Origin: Candidatus Firestoneibacteriota bacterium
GTDB taxonomy: Bacteria > Oederibacteriota > D2-FULL-39-29 > CAIOVX01
Direction of reading: 5' to 3'
Assembly (NCBI GenBank): GCA_903916325.1
Contig: CAIWWK010000045.1
Span: 1 to 51,694 of the forward strand
DNA: 51,694 nt
The notes beneath the pieces are model-generated. The model was given only the letters and a program-made list of their open reading frames with translations. It was not told where the DNA came from and searched no databases. Below, one piece after another: positions 8,488 through 16,161 of the stretch (its first letter is position 1; each line of letters begins with the position of its first letter). The translations under genes and the position numbers were made by a program.

Positions 8488-9411
8488 TTGATGCCTGGTA
8501 TCTTTGACCTGATAATCATAGGCGCGGGCCCTGCCGGAATAACGGCAGCGGTCTATGCCGCCAGAAAGAGGCTTAATCTTCTTATGCTCACGGGAGACGT
8601 CGGCGGCCAGGCCGCCTGGAGCGGAGACATAGAAAACTACACCGGTTTCAATATGATCTCCGGTCCCGAGCTCGCGGTCAAGTTTGACGAGCATATCAAG
8701 CAATTCAAGATTCCCATGAAAGAATCCGAAGAAGTCCTCAGTTTGGCCTCAGCCGGTGGGGTTTTTACCGTTATAACTGCCAAAGGGAAGTATTTCTCGA
8801 ACTCGGTGATTATCGCTTCCGGTAAAAGATCCAGGGAACTTAATGTGCCGGGAGAAAAAGAGTTCAAGAACAAGGGCCTCACCTATTGCGCCACCTGTGA
8901 CGGGCCTCTCTTTGCCGGCAGAGAAGTTGCGGTAATCGGCGGAGGAAATTCCGCGCTTGACGCGGCTATACAGCTCGCGCGCTACTGCTCAAAAGTCCAT
9001 ATTATTAATAACACGGAAAGATTAGGCGGGGACGAAGTTATGCGCGACCTGGTTCTAAAGAGCCCTGCAGTTTCGGTCAGAAACGGGGCGAAAGTCATTT
9101 CCATAATCGGTGAAAAAGCCGTTTCTGCCGTCAGAGTAGAGAAGGCCGGTGAAGGCGTATCGGAGATACCGGTGAAGGGAGTATTTGTAGAGATAGGACT
9201 TCTCCCAAACTCGGAATTTGCGTCTCTTGTGAAACGCAACGGTTCCGGTGAAATACTGGTTGATACCGACTGCGCCACTTCCATTCCAGGGATTTTTGCG
9301 GCAGGAGATGTAACCAATGTTGCGGAAAAGCAGATAATAATAGCGGCAGGAGAGGGCGCCAAAGCGTCCCTCGCGGTATTTAAGTATCTTGTAACAAACG
9401 GAAAACTCTGA
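8488..9411 (+). CDS. Thioredoxin-reductase-like FAD-dependent disulfide oxidoreductase
   Basis: GAGPAG FAD motif, CATC redox disulfide (YCATCDG), GGGNSA and GDV motifs. The canonical HRRxxxR NADPH motif is not visible. Confidence 0.8.
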   Translation: MMPGIFDLIIIGAGPAGITAAVYAARKRLNLLMLTGDVGGQAAWSGDIENYTGFNMISGPELAVKFDEHIKQFKIPMKESEEVLSLASAGGVFTVITAKGKYFSNSVIIASGKRSRELNVPGEKEFKNKGLTYCATCDGPLFAGREVAVIGGGNSALDAAIQLARYCSKVHIINNTERLGGDEVMRDLVLKSPAVSVRNGAKVISIIGEKAVSAVRVEKAGEGVSEIPVKGVFVEIGLLPNSEFASLVKRNGSGEILVDTDCATSIPGIFAAGDVTNVAEKQIIIAAGEGAKASLAVFKYLVTNGKL

Positions 9412-9501
9412 GCCGGGCAACGGCCCATGACCTTTGTCATAGTGCCCAACCGCCAAGCCGTGTATAATTATGAATGGTTTGTTTAGTCCTATGGAGGCGC
9501 G

Positions 9502-10692
9502 ATGAAGGATATTTACCTTGACAATGCCGCCGGTACTCCGGTAGACCCTCTGGTTCGGGATGTCATGCTGCCGTACCTTTTTGAATATTTTGGAAATCCT
9601 CTAAGCATTCACCGGTTCGGAGAAAAACCAAGAGAGGCTCTAGAGATCGCAAGGCAGCAGGTAGCCGCTCTTATTAACGCTGAGCCTCAAGAGATTATCT
9701 TCACTTCAAACGCTTCCGAGGCAAACAACATGGCCGTGAAAGGCATCGGCCTTGCCAACCAGGCTAAAGGAAAGCACGTTGTAATTTCCGCCATTGAACA
9801 TTTTTCCGTAATGAATTCCGTCAAGAGTCTTGAGAAACTTGGGTTTCAGACTAGTTTGCTTCCGGTAGACAACAAGGGTATTATTATTCTTGACGCCCTG
9901 AACGGCCTGGTGACAGACGGCACTGTCCTTGTTTCAGTCATGCACGCGAATCACGAGGTCGGGACAATCCAGCCGATAAAGGAACTTGCCGCAGCCATAA
10001 AGATCCTGAACGCCGAAAGGAAAGCGAAGAACCTGCCCCAGATATTTCTTCATTCCGACGCTGTGCAGACGGTAGGAACTATACCCGTGGATGCAAGAGA
10101 GCTTGGCGTTGATCTTTTGACTTTCTCCGGAACTCAGTTTTACGGCTCCAAAGGCGCGGCGGCTCTGTTCATCCGTAAGGGTACTCGCGTTTTTCCTCTT
10201 ATTGACGGCGGCATACAGGAGGAGGGTAAAAGGGCAGGCGTTGAAAATATTCCGGCTATAGTCGGGATGGGAAAAGCAGCCGAACTGATAAAGCCTGAAC
10301 TCGCGGCAAACGCGGCAAAGATGGAAGCCCTGCGCGACGCGTTGATTTCCGGGGTGCTTTCAAAAATAAAACATTCAAGGCTGAACGGGGATGCAAAGTT
10401 AAGGCTGCCGACCAACGTCAACATTTCCATAGAATTCATAGAAGGGGAGTCAATGCTTATGTTTCTTGACGGGGAAGGAATAGCCGCATCTTCCGGATCC
10501 GCCTGCACTTCAAGAGCGTTAAAAGCTTCCCATGTTTTGCTGGCAGTCGGCGTCCCGATTGAAATCTGTCACGGCTCAATCCTGTTCTCGTTGAATAAAT
10601 ATATTACGAGAGAAGATATAGAACATGTGATTTCGGTTTTTCCCGGCATAGTTGAGAGACTGAGGAAGATGAGCCCGTTGTGGAAGGGGTGA
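9502..10692 (+). CDS. NifS/IscS-like class V aminotransferase-fold protein with the PLP lysine substituted
   Basis: HANHEVGTIQP, HSDAVQTVG and SSGSACTS blocks are present. FSGTQFYGSKG stands where the family has S(G/A)HKxxGPKG. Confidence 0.8.
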   Translation: MKDIYLDNAAGTPVDPLVRDVMLPYLFEYFGNPLSIHRFGEKPREALEIARQQVAALINAEPQEIIFTSNASEANNMAVKGIGLANQAKGKHVVISAIEHFSVMNSVKSLEKLGFQTSLLPVDNKGIIILDALNGLVTDGTVLVSVMHANHEVGTIQPIKELAAAIKILNAERKAKNLPQIFLHSDAVQTVGTIPVDARELGVDLLTFSGTQFYGSKGAAALFIRKGTRVFPLIDGGIQEEGKRAGVENIPAIVGMGKAAELIKPELAANAAKMEALRDALISGVLSKIKHSRLNGDAKLRLPTNVNISIEFIEGESMLMFLDGEGIAASSGSACTSRALKASHVLLAVGVPIEICHGSILFSLNKYITREDIEHVISVFPGIVERLRKMSPLWKG

Positions 10693-10725
10693 GGGGCGGA
10701 AGACAGAGGACAGAAAGGAGGATGT

Positions 10726-11208
10726 ATGGCCGATAATAATAAAATGACGATAATACTGTTTTCGGGGGAGATGGATAAAGCGCTTGCCGCTTTTACGCTG
10801 GCTACTACGGCAGCCTCAATGGGAATAAAGGTGAGCATATTTTTCACTTTCTGGGGTTTGAGCGTGCTGCGCAGGGGCGGTGTGCTCGCGAAGCAGGCTA
10901 ATTTCCTGCAGAAGATGTTTGGTTTCTTAAACAGCGGGACAAAAGAAAAACTGCCTCTGACAAAATTGAATTTTGCCGGTGCCGGGCCGGAAATGATGAA
11001 GATGCTTATGAAACAGAAAAAAATGGCCTCGCTCCCGGAACTTTTCAAGCTCTCGAGGGAACTTGGAGTAAAATTCATCGCCTGCACTACCTCTTGCAAT
11101 GTAATGGGGCTTGACCGCGAAGCGCTGGTTGACGAAGTTGATGAGATGGCAGGAGCCGCTACCTATCTCGGCGAAGCAAAGGAATCCAATATAAACTTGT
11201 TTGTCTAA
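10726..11208 (+). CDS. DsrE/DsrF-like sulfur-relay family protein
   Basis: MTIILFSGEMDKALAAF...FFTFWGL...FIACTTSCNVMG, typical of the DsrE/F-like (YrkE-type) family and adjacent to a TusA-like gene. Confidence 0.65.
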   Translation: MADNNKMTIILFSGEMDKALAAFTLATTAASMGIKVSIFFTFWGLSVLRRGGVLAKQANFLQKMFGFLNSGTKEKLPLTKLNFAGAGPEMMKMLMKQKKMASLPELFKLSRELGVKFIACTTSCNVMGLDREALVDEVDEMAGAATYLGEAKESNINLFV

Positions 11209-11218
11209 ACTTGCGCCT

Positions 11219-11254
11219 TACGTTATAAACGTTAAGAACGTTAAAAACGTTATA
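11219..11254. repeat. Four tandem nonamers (acgttataa acgttaaga acgttaaaa acgttataa)
   Basis: Read directly. The same word family recurs at 25478-25508 and 39208-39279. Confidence 0.8.
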
Positions 11255-11277
11255 AACCATTAATACAGGAGTTCTTT

Positions 11278-11517
11278 ATGGAAGGTATTAATCCTAACCA
11301 AACCCTAGATTGCGTCGGCCTCTACTGCCCGGTCCCTATAATCAAGACAACACAGAAGATAAAGGAAATGAAGTCGGGCGAAATACTTGAAATTGAAGCT
11401 GACGACGAAGGCATCCTTAACGATATGCCTGCCTGGTGCAAGACTACCGGCAACATTTATGCCGGAGGAGAAAAGCAGGCAAGCGGCACTATCAAAGTCT
11501 ATGTGAAGAAAGCGTAA
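11278..11517 (+). CDS. tusA: TusA/SirA-family sulfurtransferase
   Basis: 79 aa. LDCVGLYCPVPIIKT contains the conserved CPxP persulfide-carrier motif. Confidence 0.8.
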   Translation: MEGINPNQTLDCVGLYCPVPIIKTTQKIKEMKSGEILEIEADDEGILNDMPAWCKTTGNIYAGGEKQASGTIKVYVKKA

Positions 11518-11535
11518 CGTGAGCATGGGGGCGAC

Positions 11536-13251
11536 TTGTCCAAGGACGTAACGATCGGTATTTCCGGCGCGGCCGGAATGGGAATGCAGTCTATTTCTTT
11601 CACGCTCGCGAAAAGTTTTTTGCGGGCCGGCTACAATGTTTTTGTCTGGCAGGATGTGATGTCCCGCATCAGGGGCGGCAATAACACCTCAATAATTCGC
11701 ATCTCAACCTCTCCCGTAAATTCCATAAAAGAAAAATTTGACATCCTGGTGGCGCTTGACCTGCTTGCCATAAAGAGGAACGCCCTGAGAGTACAGGACG
11801 GCGGAATTTTGCTTTATGACGGGGATAAGCAGCGGGCGGAAGTCCTAAAAGCAGGCTGGGTATCGGTTCCCTTTGATAAGCTCGCGGTTTCAGCCGGTGG
11901 CGATAAGATAATGGTAAATTCGGTGGCTACCGGGGCTGTGCTCGCGCTTCTCGGGGCGGATATAATAAAGGAATGCGAAGGCGTAATTAAGGAACTGTTT
12001 TCCAAAAAGGGCACGGAGGTTGTCTCCGGGAATATCAAGGCCGTAAACGCCGGTATCGCGGCGGTAACACCCGGTGTTTCAGGCAAGTTTATGCTGGCTC
12101 CTACGCTGAAAGTCAATTCAAAAAACAAGATTTTAATAAACGGCAGCGAGGCTCTTGGAATAGGGGCTGTTTCGGCAGGGCTGAAATTCTATTCCGGTTA
12201 TCCGATGTCCCCAGCAACTTCCATAATGGAATACGTCGCGGCAAAAGCGCGTGAATACGGCATCGTACTGGAACAGGCAGAGGACGAGATAGCGGCGATT
12301 AATATGGCTATCGGCGCGGGATACGGCGGAGTCCGCGCTATGACCTGCACCTCCGGCGGCGGGTTCGCGCTGATGATAGAGGGTGTGAGCCTTGCCGGCA
12401 TGACAGAGACACCTGTTGTCATAGGTATCTCACAGCGGCCGGGACCGGCGACCGGTTTTCCGACAAGGACAGAACAGGGAGATCTCAATATGGTCCTCTT
12501 CGCGGGGCACGGCGATTTTGCCAGAGTAATACTGGCACCGGCGACCGCGGCCGACGGCCCTCTGATAATGAGCAGGGCTTTTAACCTTGCAGAGAAATAT
12601 CAGGTCCCGGTGTTTGTTCTCTCCGATCAGTATTTTAATGATTCCAGTTTCTCTGTAAATTTGGCGGATGTTAGAGCTGATCCGGTAAGCAGGGGTGGAT
12701 TGCTGGCTGAATTCCCAGGTAATTACAACTATAAGCGCTACGACTTGTCGGCCGGGCGTGTTTCACCGCGGCTGATACCAGGCGCCAAGAACCAGGTCGT
12801 TTACGCCGACAGCGATGAACATACCGAGGAAGGCCATATCACAGAGTCCGCGGAGCTTCGCGTGAAGATGGTTGACAAGCGCGCTGGAAAACTTGCTGAG
12901 ATAGTCTCTGATATGGATCAGCCTGTTTACTTTGGCAGTGAAAAACCGGAAACAGTGCTAGTTAGCTGGGGTTCTTCTTTCGGAGCAGTTAAGGAAGCGG
13001 CAGAGATTCTGAACGCTTCCGGGAAGCCGGCGGGACTGCTTCACTTTACGAATATCTGGCCCCTGCCGGAACTAAAATTCAAGTTCAACGAATCATCCGT
13101 TAAAAGATATATTTGCGCCGAGAATAATTATTCCGGGCAGTTCGCTGACCTGCTGGAGAAGAACACTAAACTGCGTTTCAATAAGCGGATATTGAGGTAT
13201 GACGGGCATCCCTTGACAGCCGAATACATTGTTGGAAGGTTAGAGGGTTAG
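11536..13251 (+). CDS. 2-oxoacid:ferredoxin oxidoreductase, alpha subunit (gamma-alpha fusion type)
   Basis: An N-terminal gamma-like domain is followed by the alpha domain (INGSEALGIGAVSAGLKFYSGYPMSPATS). TTG start. Substrate (pyruvate, 2-oxoglutarate or other) cannot be determined. Confidence 0.8.
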   Translation: MSKDVTIGISGAAGMGMQSISFTLAKSFLRAGYNVFVWQDVMSRIRGGNNTSIIRISTSPVNSIKEKFDILVALDLLAIKRNALRVQDGGILLYDGDKQRAEVLKAGWVSVPFDKLAVSAGGDKIMVNSVATGAVLALLGADIIKECEGVIKELFSKKGTEVVSGNIKAVNAGIAAVTPGVSGKFMLAPTLKVNSKNKILINGSEALGIGAVSAGLKFYSGYPMSPATSIMEYVAAKAREYGIVLEQAEDEIAAINMAIGAGYGGVRAMTCTSGGGFALMIEGVSLAGMTETPVVIGISQRPGPATGFPTRTEQGDLNMVLFAGHGDFARVILAPATAADGPLIMSRAFNLAEKYQVPVFVLSDQYFNDSSFSVNLADVRADPVSRGGLLAEFPGNYNYKRYDLSAGRVSPRLIPGAKNQVVYADSDEHTEEGHITESAELRVKMVDKRAGKLAEIVSDMDQPVYFGSEKPETVLVSWGSSFGAVKEAAEILNASGKPAGLLHFTNIWPLPELKFKFNESSVKRYICAENNYSGQFADLLEKNTKLRFNKRILRYDGHPLTAEYIVGRLEG

Positions 13252-13267
13252 AGGGTTGGAAGGCGTG

Positions 13268-13338
13268 CCCTGTACCCGAACGAATGTCTTTAGTCCCGTA
13301 CCCGAGCGAAGTGAGTGGTACGAGGGAGTGGTACAGGG
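13268..13338. repeat. Nested-hairpin dispersed repeat, copy B (71 nt), between the OFOR alpha and beta genes
   Basis: Same length and architecture as 1630-1700. Outer stem 13268-13276/13330-13338 and inner stem 13295-13302/13317-13324. Flanked by the direct repeat agagggtYggaagg at 13250-13263 and 13341-13354. Confidence 0.75.
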
Positions 13339-13449
13339 TCAGAGGGTCGGAAGGTCAGAAGGACAGAACAATGTCTGAGCATCTGAACCTCCAAACATCC
13401 GAGCATCTGGTTTAGAAAGCATCTGAGCATCAGATTTTAAGGGGGGGGT

Positions 13450-14310
13450 ATGGTTTTAGCAAGCGCATACAACAGCGTAGACGACAATGCCTGGTGTCCG
13501 GGCTGCGGCAACTTTGGCTTGCTTCAGGCTCTAAAACAGGCGCTAGTCAATCTCAGCCTTGAACCTTGGCAGGTCATAATGGTATCCGGCATAGGCCAGG
13601 CGGCCAAGATTCCCCATTACCTGAAAGTTAACTGTTTTAACGGGCTTCACGGGCGCACCATGCCGGCGGCGTTCGGGGTCAAGATGGCAAATCACAAGAT
13701 GACTGTCATAGCGGCAGGCGGCGACGGAGACGCGTATGCAGAGGGCGGCAACCATTTTGTCCACGCAATGAGGAGAAATCCGGATATAACCTATCTTGTA
13801 CACGATAACCAGATTTACGGGCTGACCAAAGGTCAGGCTTCTCCAACCACCGGGCTCGGGACAAAGACAGGAACCACGCCTTTTGGGAGCGTGGATATCC
13901 CGGAGAGCCCGCTCGCTGTAGCTGTCGCAATGGACTGCAGTTTTGTGGCCCGCGGTTTTGCGGGCGATATAGAACACCTTTCTAAGATAATCTCTGCCGC
14001 GGTCAAACACCGCGGATTCTCGCTCGTTGACATATTACAGCCCTGTTTTACCTTTAATAAGACGAATACTTTCCAGTGGTACAAAGACAGAGTGTACAAT
14101 CTTGATGGGGAAGCTGATTATGATCCCTCCGACAGGGTGAAGGCTTTCTCTAAAGCTCTGGAATGGGGAGACAGGATTCCCACGGGGATTATATATAAAC
14201 ATGAACGGCCGGTATTTGAAGATTCTGCTTTTGAAATAGGATCTGCTTCACTTTCGCGCCAGCCGCTTGTCCCGCCGAACTGTCTTGAGTTAATGAGAAA
14301 GTATGCCTGA
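13450..14310 (+). CDS. 2-oxoacid:ferredoxin oxidoreductase, beta (TPP-binding) subunit
   Basis: WCPGCGNFG N-terminal motif and GDGDAYAEGGNHF TPP/Mg motif. Confidence 0.85.
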   Translation: MVLASAYNSVDDNAWCPGCGNFGLLQALKQALVNLSLEPWQVIMVSGIGQAAKIPHYLKVNCFNGLHGRTMPAAFGVKMANHKMTVIAAGGDGDAYAEGGNHFVHAMRRNPDITYLVHDNQIYGLTKGQASPTTGLGTKTGTTPFGSVDIPESPLAVAVAMDCSFVARGFAGDIEHLSKIISAAVKHRGFSLVDILQPCFTFNKTNTFQWYKDRVYNLDGEADYDPSDRVKAFSKALEWGDRIPTGIIYKHERPVFEDSAFEIGSASLSRQPLVPPNCLELMRKYA

Positions 14311-14319
14311 GGGCCGAGA

Positions 14320-15390
14320 ATGAAAATGAATCTGAGTTTGACAGAGAGAGCCGGGATAAAAAGGGAAACCGGCAGTTTTAGGGAAGCGCTGGTACTTTAT
14401 AAAAAGGCTGTAAAAAAGGAAAGTTCTTTTGAGTCTCTATCCGGGCTCGGAGGGTGTCTCCGGCTTACGGGAGATTTCCGGGGTGCGATAAGCGTCTACA
14501 AAAAAGCCCTCAAGCTGAATGTTTCCGATGCGCCGCAGCAGGCGGATTGTTTCATGGGCCTTGGCATGTCTCTTCGCGCCCTCTCAGACTACAGAGGCGC
14601 GGCAGAGCATTTTTCCGCGGCAGGAAAGATCTATAAGGAGTCCGCTGATTGGGCAGGTTACGCGTATTTTTGCTGGTGTCTCGGAGGACTGCTGAGGTTA
14701 ACGGGCGATCTCAAGGGAAGCCATGCACATTTACTCCTCTCGGTAAAGTTCTATAAACTTTTGAAAGATGAGAGCGGAACGGCCTATGCTTTGGCCGGGC
14801 TTGGCGGAATCCTCAGGATGCTCGGGAACTTTAAAGAGTCTTTTAACTCTTATAAAAGAGCGTCAGTTATATTCAAAAAGCATGGAGACCGTTTCGGCTT
14901 TGCCTATTGCAACTGCGGGATGGGAAGCGCTTCAAGAATGCTCTTAAGGGCTGCCCTTTCCGAAAAGTACTACAAAATAGCTCTGAAAAATTACCGGCGG
15001 ATACAAGACGAAGTAAATATCTCTTTTGTCCTGTGGGGTTATGCCAATTCGCTAATGCTTTCCGGCAGAAATGGCAAAGCGGCACTCCTTCTGAAAGAGT
15101 CCAAAACCCTCTTTCTCAGGCACAAAGACAAGCGGGGGTTGGTCTATTCTAAGCTCCAGGAGGGGGAACTTTTGCGGCTTTCCGGAAATATAGCGGCAGC
15201 CGTAAGTTCTTTCAAATCAGCCGGTGGAATGGCGGAAACACTCGGTATGAAGTTCGAGGCCATCCATGCGCTGACAGGCCTTTTTGCCTGCGGAAAAGCG
15301 AAAAGCCCTTATAAACAATATGATAAGCTCGGAAGCAAATGGTACCGCGTTTTAAAAAGAAACACCCCGGTTTTCCTTGATTTCCCTTGA
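14320..15390 (+). CDS. TPR-like repeat protein
   Basis: About eight ~40-aa repeats with the pattern G.G..LR..G.......Y..A. No catalytic motif recognised. Confidence 0.6.
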   Translation: MKMNLSLTERAGIKRETGSFREALVLYKKAVKKESSFESLSGLGGCLRLTGDFRGAISVYKKALKLNVSDAPQQADCFMGLGMSLRALSDYRGAAEHFSAAGKIYKESADWAGYAYFCWCLGGLLRLTGDLKGSHAHLLLSVKFYKLLKDESGTAYALAGLGGILRMLGNFKESFNSYKRASVIFKKHGDRFGFAYCNCGMGSASRMLLRAALSEKYYKIALKNYRRIQDEVNISFVLWGYANSLMLSGRNGKAALLLKESKTLFLRHKDKRGLVYSKLQEGELLRLSGNIAAAVSSFKSAGGMAETLGMKFEAIHALTGLFACGKAKSPYKQYDKLGSKWYRVLKRNTPVFLDFP

Positions 15391-15426
15391 TTTTCCCCCT
15401 CTTTTTTTATAAAATACACATCTATT

Positions 15427-16161
15427 ATGCGCGCTATTATCCTTGCCGGCGGAAAAGGGACACGTATGAAGTCCCCTCTCCCGAAGGTACTACATAAGAT
15501 ATCAGGAAGGCCGATGGTTAGTTACATTATCGGCAGCCTTCTTTCTTTGAAAGAGATGGAAAAGATTGTCGCAATAGTCGGCTACAAACGCGAACTGGTA
15601 AAAAAGGTTCTCCCTGCCGGAGTTAAAGCGGCGGTTCAGAGAAAGATGCTCGGCACGGCTGACGCTGTAAAAGCTGCAATCCCGGCGATGAAAGGCTACC
15701 GCGGCGACACGCTTATCGTTTGCGGCGACACGCCTCTTATAACAAGGAAGACGCTTTCCGCGCTGATGGGGTCTCATATAGGCGGTATGAACGATGTTAC
15801 GATAGTTACGACGGTCCTGAAGGAACCAACCGGCTACGGCCGCATAATCAGGAGTAAAACCGGCACAGTTACAGGTATTGTCGAAGAGAAAAGCGCGACG
15901 CCGGCCCAGAAGAAAATTAAAGAGATAAATTCAGGCATCTACTGCTATGACTGGCCGAAACTTGCATACGCGCTGCTGAGGATAAAGAAGAACAAACTCA
16001 AAGGCGAATATTATCTGACCGATGCAATAGAAATTTTCAGGAAGAAAGGCTTCAGGATCGGTACCTACACGGCGGAGAATCCGGCCGAAGTTATGGGAGT
16101 TGATGACCTGAAACGTCTGCAGCAGGCTCAGGAGTATTTTAAGCGGAGGAAAAATGTTTGA
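15427..16161 (+). CDS. Sugar-1-phosphate nucleotidyltransferase, GlmU N-terminal-domain-like, with no acetyltransferase domain
   Basis: MRAIILAGGKGTRMKSPLPKVLH signature. 244 aa only, ending 8 nt inside prs, so the left-handed beta-helix domain is absent. Confidence 0.7.
   Translation: MRAIILAGGKGTRMKSPLPKVLHKISGRPMVSYIIGSLLSLKEMEKIVAIVGYKRELVKKVLPAGVKAAVQRKMLGTADAVKAAIPAMKGYRGDTLIVCGDTPLITRKTLSALMGSHIGGMNDVTIVTTVLKEPTGYGRIIRSKTGTVTGIVEEKSATPAQKKIKEINSGIYCYDWPKLAYALLRIKKNKLKGEYYLTDAIEIFRKKGFRIGTYTAENPAEVMGVDDLKRLQQAQEYFKRRKNV

Noticed and set aside
13441-13448. G8 homopolymer as a phase-variation switch for the OFOR beta gene
   Set aside because: It lies in the SD region, not in a coding frame, and no evidence of length heterogeneity can be obtained from a single sequence. 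It is kept only as a note within the spacer finding.
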